Shown piece by piece: positions 29,085-39,770 of a stretch of 64,000 bases of DNA; position 1 is the first letter of the stretch; each line of letters starts with the position of its first letter. The DNA comes from an uncultured cyanobacterium (GTDB lineage: Bacteria > Cyanobacteriota > Cyanobacteriia > Cyanobacteriales > CAWCAG01): NCBI GenBank assembly GCA_963793425.1, contig CAWCAG010000005.1:1504001-1568000 (forward strand), read 5' to 3'. Made by a program: the position numbers and the translations under genes. The notes beneath the pieces were generated by a model. The model saw only the letters and a program-made list of their open reading frames with translations, searched no databases and had not been told where the DNA came from.

Positions 29085-30016
29085 AAACGACCTCCTAAGT
29101 TGTGTGACGAGCGCTTAACTGTCCGGTGTGGGATGATGCTTTTATCTAATTCGATAGAGATAAATTGCATCCGGAAGTGATGTTAATCACTGACTGTAAA
29201 TATACATTGAGTAAGGCACAAGGGAAAGATTACCCTGGTTTTTGAATTTCGACAAGTGTTGGTTAGGAAATTAATTTCTTTCGCCTAGTGCTTTTGTTAG
29301 TAGACCCTATGAAAGGTGACAGTTTTAAACGCTTTAATTAATTTGATGTTTACGGTGTTTCCTGGTTGATTTTAAGTATTCACTAGCTAATAGTTCTAGA
29401 AATTAGTGTATGAGACTACATACCCCTTTAAACAATATAGCTCCGGAACAAAACTTAAACTCAAAGGTCAATAATAGCAGTTACTAGTTAAAAGACAACA
29501 AATTGGCTAGTTCAGTAACAAGGGAAAGATTTAGATACAGTTAGCTACGAAATACCCTACTGATGGTTGTATTAAATGACTTACTTTCTGTAGCTAGAGA
29601 CAGTTCAAATCCTTGTCTGGCTTGGAGTCAGTGTTAAGCAAATAAGCTGCTTAAATATCTACTTAACCTTCCTGTAATGATGACAAAAATTTATCTCCTA
29701 AGTTCCTCAACTTAAGCTAGGTTTCATAGATATTTCTTATCGGAAAAGCTGTATTTAGTATTCTATATAACTGATAAGTCAGATGATTAGAGTTTCTAAA
29801 CTCTTGGATAACAAATCTTAAGGGGATAATTTGTCAGCAGCAGAGAAACTAATCCTAGTTTCACTTTCCTCTTAACTTAGGGGCATTAGCTATATATGAA
29901 TAGATATAGATGAAGCCCTACTTAATACAGTTCTAAAAACGGTATATGCCCTCTTTGCTAGGTGCATTTGGATATAGAGAGATAAGAATACTAAGAAGTT
30001 ATATAGATAAAGATTG

Positions 30017-30475
30017 TTAACTACAGCCCAATTGTCGGCGTGCTTCAAACAACCCCACAGCAGCACTAACGGAAAGATTTAAACTACGTACTTTCGGTTG
30101 ACTCATCGGTATGAAAACCATTGTTTGGCAAATTTCCATGACGGTTTGAGGTAAACCCTGAGTTTCGCTGCCAAACAACAACCAGTCACTGGCTTGAAAG
30201 CTAAAATCTGTATAGCTTTGGACTCCGCGTACACTAAAGCCAATTAATCTTCCTCCCACTTTTTGTTGGAATGCCAGAAATGCTTCCCAGTCTTGATGTT
30301 GGTGTAATTTGACATGAGGCCAGTAATCTAAACCAGCTCGCTTGAGATAGCGATCGCTAATTTCAAAGCCCAAAGGTGCAACTAAATGAAGTTCTGTCCC
30401 TGTAGCAGCACAAGTGCGAGCAATATTGCCAGTATTGGGGGGGATTTGGGGGTTGACAAGCACAAGTTTTGGCAT
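30017..30475 (-). CDS. trmL: tRNA (cytidine/uridine-34-2'-O)-methyltransferase
   Basis: PQIPPNTGNIARTC, KRAGLDYW, FGSETQGLP, RSLNLS. Confidence 0.93.
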   Translation of the reverse strand: MPKLVLVNPQIPPNTGNIARTCAATGTELHLVAPLGFEISDRYLKRAGLDYWPHVKLHQHQDWEAFLAFQQKVGGRLIGFSVRGVQSYTDFSFQASDWLLFGSETQGLPQTVMEICQTMVFIPMSQPKVRSLNLSVSAAVGLFEARRQLGCS

Positions 30476-30728
30476 AATCTTCTTAAGACGCACCTATTCG
30501 TTTTTCTTAGCCATAGCATCACTCTTTAGATAGTACTTTATTCTCTCTTAAGATTGATTTTATCTAAAACATTCCTTATTTCTTAAGGAAACATATAGTT
30601 TTTTTTTATAGGTATGTTTGTAAGTGGATTGATTAGAATTTCATGACTTTGAAAAAGGTGTTAAACGATTACTGATTAGTATTGAACATGGAGTCTATAA
30701 GCTTTACTGTCAGAGACTTAGCTCAAAA

Positions 30729-31868
30729 TCAAGCCACCAGAAGCTGACAGAGTTTATCTTCCAATTCATGTTCTTGTTGAGCCATTTCTTGGCTACCTTT
30801 AGCTAGTATTTGTGAAATAGTTTTTCCTTGGTTGTATTGTTTCAACCATTGCTGGGCAGTGTTACCTTCTCGGAAAATTTTCTTTAAGGGAGAGAGAAAA
30901 CAGCTATAACCATTTTTCTTCGCAACAGGCCAGACTTGTTGATAAATTTGTTCCAGCCACTCTTGGGCCAAAATCGGTTGACCATCTTGCCAGTGGTGTA
31001 GCTGGGCTTCAAGACTATTAACGGCTACGGCTTGTTCATTAGCATTAGTTAAAACGATTAACTCTTCTGGAGAAAACTTACTACTCACTAAAGGATCAAG
31101 ACTAGGGTCAGAGAACATTTGTTTTAAACGCGCTTCCAACAAAGCCATAACTGCTAGTAAAGCGAGAGGATCTACCATTAAGTCGCAAATCCTCAATTCT
31201 AAACGATTAAGGTTATAAGGACGGCGATCACCATTTGGTCTTACAGATGACCAAAGATGGCGAACATTTCGCATTGTTCCTGCTGATAATTGTTCTTCAG
31301 TCCACCGGATGAAGTGAGAGTGACTTTCAAACAAAGGTACGTGGGCAGGAGTTTGAGGGAAGGTATGCCAGCGTGTGGAATGGTAACCTGTCGCTTTACC
31401 TCCCAAAAAAGGAGAAGAAGCGCTCAAAGCCAGGTAAAGAGGTGCTTCAACTCTAATTAACCGACAGGCCTTCATTAATAATTCTGGGTCGTCAATACCG
31501 ACATTAATATGGATGCTGGCCGTAACAACCGTTGTGCCGTAGGTTTTTTCGATGTAGCTATGATAAGGATTTTTTGGATCAGAACGATAAAAGCGGCTAG
31601 TATCTCCTAAAGATAAAGTACTACCGGGAATTAAAGTATAGTTACCTAACTTTTTTAAATAATTTCTCAGATTTTGTCGCGGACGTACCAAGGCGCAAAG
31701 CAAGCGATCATAACAATATAAAGGTGCGGTAGTATATTCCACATTACGACTGTCTGGTTCCCGTACAAAGCCTTGTAAGTCGGCAACAATACGGTCTGAT
31801 AGACCGACAATTTCTCCTTGAGGAGTGCCGGTATACATTTCAACTTCAAAGCCTTTGGATAGTAGCAC
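30729..31868 (-). CDS. gshA: Glutamate--cysteine ligase, cyanobacterial type
   Basis: KGFEVEMYTG, EPDSRNVEY, ASIHINVG, LSASSPF, HLWSSVRPNG, RLELRICD. Confidence 0.92.
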   Translation of the reverse strand: MLLSKGFEVEMYTGTPQGEIVGLSDRIVADLQGFVREPDSRNVEYTTAPLYCYDRLLCALVRPRQNLRNYLKKLGNYTLIPGSTLSLGDTSRFYRSDPKNPYHSYIEKTYGTTVVTASIHINVGIDDPELLMKACRLIRVEAPLYLALSASSPFLGGKATGYHSTRWHTFPQTPAHVPLFESHSHFIRWTEEQLSAGTMRNVRHLWSSVRPNGDRRPYNLNRLELRICDLMVDPLALLAVMALLEARLKQMFSDPSLDPLVSSKFSPEELIVLTNANEQAVAVNSLEAQLHHWQDGQPILAQEWLEQIYQQVWPVAKKNGYSCFLSPLKKIFREGNTAQQWLKQYNQGKTISQILAKGSQEMAQQEHELEDKLCQLLVA

Positions 31869-32055
31869 GATATTTTCACCTGATGAACTAAAGACGGCCA
31901 GCAGTCTACAAAGAAATTTTCAAAGGGCAGCTAGTCCACTCTCTAAGTCTAGACTACTAAAGATCATTCCCGTTTGTCCTTTGCCTAAAGTGAGAAAGCT
32001 TGTCGGGAACAGATTGATTTTTTACATCTGAAGTTAGATAGAACTAGGTAAGGTT

Positions 32056-33159
32056 ATGGGAGTTAGTTTAAGAATTTTCCAGGATATGAGCATTAATATT
32101 AGCTATCTATCTATCATGACATGGGCAGTACCGATTGCTTTGATTGTTGTTGGGGCATTAGCTGGCATTATTTTTGAGAAAATAATTCTCAAGAAGATGG
32201 TGGCAATTACTCGCAGGACTACTTCAAAAATCGATGACCGATTGTTCCTTTCTTTACGAGGTATCGGTTTAATTTGGTTCTTTTTGGCTGGTCTTTATGG
32301 TGCAGTTTTGTTTAGTAAGCTGAACGCGGATAGTGCGGCTTTTCTTGAAAAAATACTTTTAGTCGTTATTACTTATTCTTTCGCTTTATTTGCTTCTAGA
32401 GTGATTGTTGTTGTCATTAGTTTGTTGTTGAAGAAGTTTCCTAGTATACCTACTTCTCTAACTTCTAATTTAGTGAGAATTATCATTTTTGGTTTCACAA
32501 CCTTAGTTGTTTTACAAAATTTAGGTATTGATATTACCACAATAATTACTACTCTAGGGATTGGTGGTTTAGCAGTAGCTTTGGCACTACAAGATACTCT
32601 ATCAAATTTATTTGCTGGCTTTTATATCACTTTATCTGGACAAGTAAGGACAGGAGATTATATTAAGCTGGAAACTAGTCAAGAAGGCTATGTAATTGAT
32701 ATTAGTTGGCGTAACACTACAGTTAAAGAGTTACCCGATAATCTAGTAATTATCCCCAACTCTAAGTTGGCTTCAGCTATTTTTACTAACTACCATTTAC
32801 CTGCCAAAAATATCACCCTAACTTTTTCTTTGGGAGTTAGTTACGAAAGCGACTTAGAGAAAGTGGAAAGAGTAACAATTGAAGTGGCAAATGAAGTGAT
32901 GACAGAAGTTTGTCAAATCAAAACTGATTTTGAGCCGTTTATTTTATACGAAACATTTAATGATTTTAGTATTGATTTCACGGTATTTTTGCGAGTTAAT
33001 GAATTTTTAGAAAAACGCACAGTTAGGCATGAATTTATTAAAAGATTGCACCGTCGCTATAACGAAGAAGGAATAAACATTCCTTTTCCCATCCGCGATG
33101 TGAATTTTACTCCCCACAACGGTAAAGGGGTTAAGGAAGTCATAAGTAATAATTTGTAA
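32056..33159 (+). CDS. mscS: MscS-family mechanosensitive channel
   Basis: GIGGLAVALALQDTLSNLFAG, GDYI, IIPNSKL, GINIPFP; start codon uncertain. Confidence 0.9.
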   Translation: MGVSLRIFQDMSINISYLSIMTWAVPIALIVVGALAGIIFEKIILKKMVAITRRTTSKIDDRLFLSLRGIGLIWFFLAGLYGAVLFSKLNADSAAFLEKILLVVITYSFALFASRVIVVVISLLLKKFPSIPTSLTSNLVRIIIFGFTTLVVLQNLGIDITTIITTLGIGGLAVALALQDTLSNLFAGFYITLSGQVRTGDYIKLETSQEGYVIDISWRNTTVKELPDNLVIIPNSKLASAIFTNYHLPAKNITLTFSLGVSYESDLEKVERVTIEVANEVMTEVCQIKTDFEPFILYETFNDFSIDFTVFLRVNEFLEKRTVRHEFIKRLHRRYNEEGINIPFPIRDVNFTPHNGKGVKEVISNNL

Positions 33160-33191
33160 AGTCTTTTCGTTCCCTTGTTGCAAAAAAAATA

Positions 33192-33234
33192 AGCGGACAA
33201 GATTTAATCTTATCCGCTCAAATTTCTCTTTTTC
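33192..33234 (+). terminator. Hairpin after mscS
   Basis: AGCGGACAAGATT / AATCTTATCCGCT followed by a T-rich tract. Confidence 0.55.
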
Positions 33235-33468
33235 ATAAAGTGAATCATGCTTAGCAATCTAGTACTAGTTAATTTCGCTAGTGGATGTTCTAGGAAAAAC
33301 TTGTGTGATTGCCGCAGCAGTATTTTGAATTATTGCTAATTCAGACCTGATTTTACTTAACAAGACAAGAGAGTGAGGATGTAATCACTAATTTAGCCAA
33401 GTAGTGAGGTAAATACTTGGTCAAATTACTCGGATGAACCAACATTAACACTGAGAAAACTAGACTTT

Positions 33469-33482
33469 GTACAATTTGCTAC
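33469..33482. promoter_or_regulatory. Possible NtcA site upstream of the porin
   Basis: GTA-caatttgc-TAC; no well-spaced -10 box seen. Confidence 0.25.
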
Positions 33483-33591
33483 CATTCTCTACATATAAAC
33501 GTTGATTGTCAGAGCATTTTTATATTACAAAAAAAGTAAAAAAACTGAGTTATCATCTATCAAGTGTGTTTAAGTGTGAGGAAAGTCAACC

Positions 33592-35253
33592 GTGTACAAA
33601 CTACTATGGCAATCGCTTTTAGTTAGTCCGGCCCTGTTTGGATTAGCATTGGCAGCTAACGCTGCGGAAAACTCTGTCAGCAGTGAATATAACCAACAAG
33701 AAATTACGGATACTGAAGTATCTCCGGAACTAAATTTTGCAGCATCCGAAGAAACTTCCATTGCTCAGTCTGATACCAGTGAAATGATTGAGCAAATCAA
33801 TGAATACAGTGGCGATCGCAATGCCCTTGATCAAGTAACCAGCGTTAATCAGCTTTCTGATATCGATCCATTTTGGTTCAGCGCTGTACAAAAAATGGTT
33901 GACAAATACGGCTGTATTGTTGGCTATCCCGACGGAACTTTCAAAGGACAAAGAAATATTACCCGCTACGAATTTGCAGCAGCAGTTAGCCGTTGTATGG
34001 AGTGGGTTGAAGAAAACATTGGTAGTGTAGATGGTACTGATTTAGCTACTCTACGCCGCTTAGTAGAAGAGTTTGAAACTGAACTTGCTGTATTAGGAGC
34101 CAGGGTTGATGACTTAGAAGGGCGTGTTGCTTTTGTTGAGGATAATCAATTCTCCACCACAACCAAGTTGTCTGGTGAAGTTATTATGCAAGTATCCGAT
34201 GAATTTGGCGGCACTGCGGATAACAACACTGTTTTTCAAGATAGGGTTCGTTTAACCCTCAATACTAGCTTCACTGGGCAAGATACCCTAGTTACCCGTT
34301 TAGCGGCTGGAAACGGTTCTGCTTATGGTGTTGATGGCAGCAGTGAAGGAACTTTAAGCGTTGCTACTTTTGTTCCTGGTGGCGGTGGTAACAATGTCCA
34401 AATGGACTGGTTAGCTTATTACTTCCCCTTCGGACAGTCTCAAGTGTACATCGCTGGTTTTAATGGTATTCATAGCGATTATGTTAATACCATTAACCCC
34501 TACTTTGAAGACTATGACGGTGGTAATGGCGCTTTGACAGCCTTCGCTTCAGAAAGCCCCATTTATCGCATCGGTTTTGGCTCCGGTGCAGGTGTTAACT
34601 TTGGAGTTGGCCCCGCCACCCTAACCTTGGGTTACTTAGCTGCGGAGGGAGAAAGCCCTGGTTTAGGTCAAGGTTTGTTTAATGGTGACTATGCAGGCTT
34701 GGCACAGCTAGATTTTAACCTGGGCGACAAACTAGGTATTGGTGTCACCTACGTCAACAGCTACAATGCTTCGGGTGGAATATTTTCTGGTGTAACAGGT
34801 TCCTTCGGTGCTAATAACCCTGCTGGTTCACTGGTAGGCACTACTTTCTCTTCATCTCCTGCGGTTGTTAACGCCTATGGTGTAGAAGCTGCTTTCCAAC
34901 TCGCTGACACAATTTCTATCAGTGGTTATGGTATGTACGCTGATGTCATTGATGTCCTCAACGCTGCTGGAGACAACGAAGTTTGGAGTTATGGTGGCGG
35001 TATTGCCTTTGCTGATCTTGGTAAAGAAGGAAATCTTTTAGGCATCTTTGCTGGGGCGCAACCTTATGCCGGAAGCCTTAATGCTACTGTAACCAGTAAT
35101 GATATTCCTCTCCATGTGGAAGGTTTCTACAAGTACCAGGTAAATGACAACATTTCCATTACTCCTGGTGTAGTTTGGGTGACAAACCCCAACCAAAGTG
35201 AAGCTAATTCCGATCTCTTCATCGGTACTCTTAGAACCACCTTTACTTTCTAA
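33592..35253 (+). CDS. Cyanobacterial SLH-domain outer-membrane porin (SomA/OprB type)
   Basis: Signal peptide; QVTSVNQLSD, YGCIVGYPDG, TRYEFAA, QFSTTTKLSGEV; terminal LRTTFTF. Confidence 0.93.
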   Translation: MYKLLWQSLLVSPALFGLALAANAAENSVSSEYNQQEITDTEVSPELNFAASEETSIAQSDTSEMIEQINEYSGDRNALDQVTSVNQLSDIDPFWFSAVQKMVDKYGCIVGYPDGTFKGQRNITRYEFAAAVSRCMEWVEENIGSVDGTDLATLRRLVEEFETELAVLGARVDDLEGRVAFVEDNQFSTTTKLSGEVIMQVSDEFGGTADNNTVFQDRVRLTLNTSFTGQDTLVTRLAAGNGSAYGVDGSSEGTLSVATFVPGGGGNNVQMDWLAYYFPFGQSQVYIAGFNGIHSDYVNTINPYFEDYDGGNGALTAFASESPIYRIGFGSGAGVNFGVGPATLTLGYLAAEGESPGLGQGLFNGDYAGLAQLDFNLGDKLGIGVTYVNSYNASGGIFSGVTGSFGANNPAGSLVGTTFSSSPAVVNAYGVEAAFQLADTISISGYGMYADVIDVLNAAGDNEVWSYGGGIAFADLGKEGNLLGIFAGAQPYAGSLNATVTSNDIPLHVEGFYKYQVNDNISITPGVVWVTNPNQSEANSDLFIGTLRTTFTF

Positions 35254-35286
35254 AAGAGTTGGTTTAGATAATTAGATTTTGCTCGC

Positions 35287-35315
35287 AAAAGCCCTGTGTA
35301 TGCAGGGCTTTTTTT
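35287..35315 (+). terminator. Intrinsic terminator after the porin
   Basis: AAAAGCCCTG...CAGGGC-T7. Confidence 0.85.
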
Positions 35316-35327
35316 GTCTGCTAGCCA

Positions 35328-36242
35328 CTAAAGTTTATACTGCTGGAATACTTCAGTCGCTGCCTTATGTAACAAAGAATGGCGATAAATCAATCCGGAC
35401 ATATTCTGGGAATAACCACCACCTATCACACAAGCAACAGGATATCCTGCACTGATACAAGTAGTTAAAACTTGCATTTCTCGCCGATAAATTCCCATAT
35501 CTGTGAGGGCTAACTTCCCCAATCTATCTTCTACATGAGTATCTACCCCGGCATCATAAATAATTAAATCTGGTTGCACTTTTGCCAATAACTCAGGTAA
35601 ATGTTGAGCCAAAATTTGTAAGTAACTCTCATCATCTAAACCCATAGGCAAAGGTATATCTAAATCGCTGCTTTGTTTATGATGAGGAAAGTTAGCTTCG
35701 CAGTGCATCGAAAAAGTAAATACCCTGGGGTCGTCCTGAAAAATATAAGCAGTACCGTCTCCTTGGTGTACATCTAAATCGACAATTAAAACTTTATTTA
35801 CTAATCCCAATTTCTGTAAAACTCGCGCGGCGATCGCTAAATCATTAAAAATACAAAACCCTGAACCATAGCTAGGAAAAGCATGGTGTGTCCCACCAAC
35901 TGTATTACAAGCTAAACCTCTTTTTAAAGCTAGCTGTGCGGTTAATATTGTCCCCCCAACTGCTGTACAAGTACGATTTGCTAATTCCAGACTCCAAGGT
36001 AGCCCGATGCGCCTCTGGGCTTTGGGTTCTAAATTTCCTGAACAGTAAGCTGCAACGTAATCAGGAGTATGTACTAATTTTAGCCATTCCTGAGATGCCG
36101 GTTCGGGAGTTTCTATTTGCGATCGCTTAACAATCTTTTTCGCCAGTAGGTATTGATATAAGCCCCCAAACTTCGGCATCGGAAAGCGATGTCCTTCTGG
36201 TAAAGGGGCAACATAATGGGGATGATGTATAACAGGCAGCAT
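35328..36242 (-). CDS. Histone deacetylase family protein
   Basis: HRFPMPKF, GGTHHA, GFCIFND, DLDVHQGDGT, AGVD, GGGY. Confidence 0.93.
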   Translation of the reverse strand: MLPVIHHPHYVAPLPEGHRFPMPKFGGLYQYLLAKKIVKRSQIETPEPASQEWLKLVHTPDYVAAYCSGNLEPKAQRRIGLPWSLELANRTCTAVGGTILTAQLALKRGLACNTVGGTHHAFPSYGSGFCIFNDLAIAARVLQKLGLVNKVLIVDLDVHQGDGTAYIFQDDPRVFTFSMHCEANFPHHKQSSDLDIPLPMGLDDESYLQILAQHLPELLAKVQPDLIIYDAGVDTHVEDRLGKLALTDMGIYRREMQVLTTCISAGYPVACVIGGGYSQNMSGLIYRHSLLHKAATEVFQQYKL

Positions 36243-36294
36243 TTATTCAGTTATAGATAAGCAAATGATGCCTACAATTAGTGGCAAACCGTTC

Positions 36295-36867
36295 TTAATC
36301 AGGAAGAGCAAATCCTGTACGAGGATCGCGGATATATAAACCTAGTACCAAAGAGTTCATCACTGTATCCCAAACAGGGATTAACTTTTCTGCTTCATCA
36401 GCCCAATAATCAAAAGTAATCAAGCATTGAACTCCTGAACCCAAACCAATGCAGATACGAGAGTAGGCTTCTCGATCTTCTTGAGGATCAATAAACTTAA
36501 TTTGAGTCCAGACAACGCGGGCGGTTTGACGCTTTAGCTGAACAATGTCTCCTCGTTCAATAACATCGCGGCTTTCATCCTTAATCACCTTTTTCAAAAG
36601 GGGAACTAGAGGAAATTCCTTCCAGTTACCGGGGGGCAAAAGGTTGAAAGAAGCTTCTAAGCGACAATTATCATCAGGGGGTTTACCATCTAAGAAGCGA
36701 AATGATTTTTCATCTGGTTCAAAATGCCAATCATGGGGAACATCAAAGCGTAACGCCCCTCTTCCTGCGACAAAAATCCGATTTCCTGGTTGCGATTGCC
36801 AGCGATGGTTTTCTTCTAGCTCCAGAGTTTCTTTGATCCACCGACTTTTTTTCTTACGTTTAGACAC
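36295..36867 (-). CDS. Hypothetical protein
   Basis: 190-aa ORF (GTG start), co-oriented with the HDAC gene. Confidence 0.7.
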   Translation of the reverse strand: MSKRKKKSRWIKETLELEENHRWQSQPGNRIFVAGRGALRFDVPHDWHFEPDEKSFRFLDGKPPDDNCRLEASFNLLPPGNWKEFPLVPLLKKVIKDESRDVIERGDIVQLKRQTARVVWTQIKFIDPQEDREAYSRICIGLGSGVQCLITFDYWADEAEKLIPVWDTVMNSLVLGLYIRDPRTGFALPD

Positions 36868-36998
36868 GGCTGCCCTAATTTTGACCTACTTTGCTTATTT
36901 TAGAGCTTACTCAGAAAAACAGGAAAGAGAGAAGAGGAAAAGCTATGTACCTCATGTGGCTTAGAATTACTATAAGTGTTCAGCATTAAACTCAATTG

Positions 36999-37175
36999 AT
37001 GAAAAAGCACCACTTCAATATTGATAGAGTTCAAGAGCCGATTATTCAAGCCCCACCTGATATTAAGAAGTTAATCGAGGGAGTTTTAGCTTTAGAAAAA
37101 GAGCGACTCCACCAAAAAGTACCGCGCAATATTAATGAAGATATTCTCAAAATAATTAAAGACGTTGTGCAATGA
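36999..37175 (+). CDS. 58-aa small protein coupled to the SMC-like ATPase (absent from ORF track)
   Basis: MKKHHFNIDRVQEPIIQAPPDIKKLIEGVLALEKERLHQKVPRNINEDILKIIKDVVQ; its stop overlaps the next start (ATGA at 37172-37175). Confidence 0.75.
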   Translation: MKKHHFNIDRVQEPIIQAPPDIKKLIEGVLALEKERLHQKVPRNINEDILKIIKDVVQ

Positions 37176-39235
37176 TCTTAACATCAATTAGGTTGTGTAA
37201 TTTTCGCCAATTTTATGGCAAAACTCCGGAAATGCAACTTTCAGCCGGGGAACATAACACTACTATATTTCACGGCAATAATGGTTCCGGTAAGACCACC
37301 TTGCTCAATGCTTTCACCTGGGCTTTATATGAACAATTTACCGCTGCTTTTGCCTCTCCACAACAGTTAATTAATAAAAGAGCAATTACTGAAGCTGATT
37401 TTGGTCGTTCTGTAGATTGTTGGGTAGAAGTAATGTTTGAGCATGAACATAAACGCTATCAAGTAAAACGCCAATGTTATGCCCACAATACAGGGGAAAA
37501 AATCAACTACAGCGATACAAAATGTTTTATGCAAATTGCTGGGGATGATGGGCGTTGGTATCCGCCTTTAGAACAACCGGAAGATGTTATTGGCAGAATT
37601 TTGCCCGTTAGTTTACATCACTATTTCTTCTTTGATGGTGAACGCATTGATCGCTTTTTTCGTCAGGATGGTAAAAGTAGTGTTGCTGAAGATACTAAGG
37701 AGTTGATTGGGGTTAAGGTCTTAGATCGGGCTATTGAGCATTTAAAAAAAGCTAAACGCAAACTGCAACAAGAACTGCAATCTGTTGGTGATTTAGAAAT
37801 AAAGCAACTTTTACAAGCACAAAGCAAGTTAGAAAACCAAAGCGATCGCCTCGAAACTAGACAAGGAGAAATAGAGACTAAATTAGCTCAGCAAGAAGAG
37901 TTTAAACAAGCTATTAATAAGCAGCTTTTAGAGTTAAGCGGTGCAGTAGAGTTGCAAAATCAGCGAGAGCAATTAGAGGAAAGAGAAAAGTCTCTACGCC
38001 ATACTTTAGTGGAGAAACAAGAAAGTCTGAAAAAAATTATCTCTACTAATGGTTATACGGTTTTCTTAGAGCAGCTATTAAGGCAATCAAGTTCTATTAT
38101 TGGCACAATGCGAGGTAAGGGAGAGTTACCGACAGGAATTAAAAAACAATTTGTTCAGGAATTATTAGAGCAACATCGTTGTATTTGTGGTGGAGAACTT
38201 TTAAAAGGAAGTGAAACTCGTAAAGAAGTAGAAACTTGGCTCGATAAAGCAGGAGTTGCTGATGTCGAAGAAGCGGCCATTCGCTTAGAAACCCAAGCAG
38301 GAGAAATGGAACAGAGAATTCCTCAATTTTGGCAAGAAGTTGATCTCCGGCAAGCTAATATTGAGCAAGCCAGGACAGAATTAGGGCAGATTGATGAGCA
38401 GTTATTTACTATTAGTAAAAAGCTAAGAAATTATCCTGATCATAATATCCAAAAGTTGCAAAAGGATTTAGAAGCAACAGAAAAGCTGATTGAACAATTA
38501 ACTTTAGAAAAAGGAGGTAATCAACAGCTATTAGTTAGCTTCAACCAAGAAAACGCAGCTAAACAAAAGCAAATAGCTAAACAAAAGCTTAAAGAAGAAA
38601 AGCAATTTATTGCTCAACGCCGAATCACTGCTACCCAAGAAGCCATAGACAGAATTATGGAAGTAAAAAGACGCTTAGAAAAGCAATTTCGTCGTTCTTT
38701 AGAACAAAGAGTTCAAGAAATATTCAATTCTATTTCCTTCACTCCTTACATACCCAGATTAAGCCATGACTATGAATTATCCTTAATAGAAAACACTTCC
38801 GGTAAAGCAATTCAAGTGGCCGCTTCTACAGGAGAAAATCAGATTCTGAGTCTTTCTTTTATAAGCGGAGTTATTGATAGAGTTAGGGAATGGAGTTATC
38901 AAAATACTCTCATGGGACCTGATAGTAGTACTTTCCCCATTGTCATGGACTCACCTTTTGGTAGCTTAGATGAAATTTACCGTCGCCAAGTAGCAACCTC
39001 TATTCCTAAACTAGCTAATCAACTCATAGTTTTAGTAACCAAAACTCAATGGCGAGGAGAAGTAGCAGAGGAAATGGAGAACTATATTGGACAAGAATAT
39101 GTCTTAGTTTATAACTCTCCTAAATCAGATTGCCAAGCAGATCAAATAGAAATTGCTGGACAAACTTATCCTCTGATACAACGTAGTAATAATGGCTTTG
39201 AATATACAGAAATTATTCCTGTGCAAAGGAATTAG
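37172..39235 (+). CDS. SMC/Rad50-like ABC ATPase with CxC hook (DndD-like)
   Basis: Walker A GNNGSGKT, YFFFDGE, coiled coil with CICG, ASTGE signature, Walker B PIVMDSPFGSLD. Confidence 0.85.
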   Translation: MILTSIRLCNFRQFYGKTPEMQLSAGEHNTTIFHGNNGSGKTTLLNAFTWALYEQFTAAFASPQQLINKRAITEADFGRSVDCWVEVMFEHEHKRYQVKRQCYAHNTGEKINYSDTKCFMQIAGDDGRWYPPLEQPEDVIGRILPVSLHHYFFFDGERIDRFFRQDGKSSVAEDTKELIGVKVLDRAIEHLKKAKRKLQQELQSVGDLEIKQLLQAQSKLENQSDRLETRQGEIETKLAQQEEFKQAINKQLLELSGAVELQNQREQLEEREKSLRHTLVEKQESLKKIISTNGYTVFLEQLLRQSSSIIGTMRGKGELPTGIKKQFVQELLEQHRCICGGELLKGSETRKEVETWLDKAGVADVEEAAIRLETQAGEMEQRIPQFWQEVDLRQANIEQARTELGQIDEQLFTISKKLRNYPDHNIQKLQKDLEATEKLIEQLTLEKGGNQQLLVSFNQENAAKQKQIAKQKLKEEKQFIAQRRITATQEAIDRIMEVKRRLEKQFRRSLEQRVQEIFNSISFTPYIPRLSHDYELSLIENTSGKAIQVAASTGENQILSLSFISGVIDRVREWSYQNTLMGPDSSTFPIVMDSPFGSLDEIYRRQVATSIPKLANQLIVLVTKTQWRGEVAEEMENYIGQEYVLVYNSPKSDCQADQIEIAGQTYPLIQRSNNGFEYTEIIPVQRN

Positions 39236-39515
39236 TTACTTCCCTGCGGTCATAATTATTACTTCTTTTACCAGGACGTTCCTTAGCCTTATTAACCCTT
39301 AATTCTCTGTTCATCCATTCTGCACCATCCAATGCTTCTATAGCTTTTGATTCTTCTTCTTCTGAGGCAAAATCTACAAAACCAAAACCGCGCATACGAC
39401 CAGTTTCTCGGTCAGTTGGAATTGCAACTCGCTTGACACTGCCGTAATCAGAAAAGATATATTTAACATCGTCTTCTGTTACGCTGTAGGGTAAGTTACC
39501 GATATAAATTGACAT
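39213..39515 (-). CDS. RRM RNA-binding protein (Rbp family)
   Basis: SIYIGNL (RNP2), RGFGFV (RNP1), LRVNKA. Confidence 0.93.
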   Translation of the reverse strand: MSIYIGNLPYSVTEDDVKYIFSDYGSVKRVAIPTDRETGRMRGFGFVDFASEEEESKAIEALDGAEWMNRELRVNKAKERPGKRSNNYDRREVTNSFAQE

Positions 39516-39770
39516 GAATTCTTTACAAGCAATCGAGCGAAAGGGACAAAGATTATTTCTCAGTTAGGAGTCGAAGTATTAACAAAATTACCAATACTTG
39601 TAATTACCTAATCTTCTTGTAAATTAACACAAATAAAAAATCAAGGAAACTACTTAGAAAAAAGTTCGGCCATTATGCTTAATTTTTACGACAAATGTAG
39701 TAAGTAAAAGGCTATCTATTTAACTCAAATTAACTAGATTAATCATTAAATTTGCTTAAGAATAATATCT

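Noticed and set aside
37172..39235. A complete Dnd phosphorothioation system or SbcCD
   Set aside because: No dndA/B/C/E or sbcD in the window.
39213..39235. 23-nt convergent overlap of the ATPase and rbp genes as a regulatory device
   Set aside because: Short tail-to-tail overlaps are common; no further evidence.
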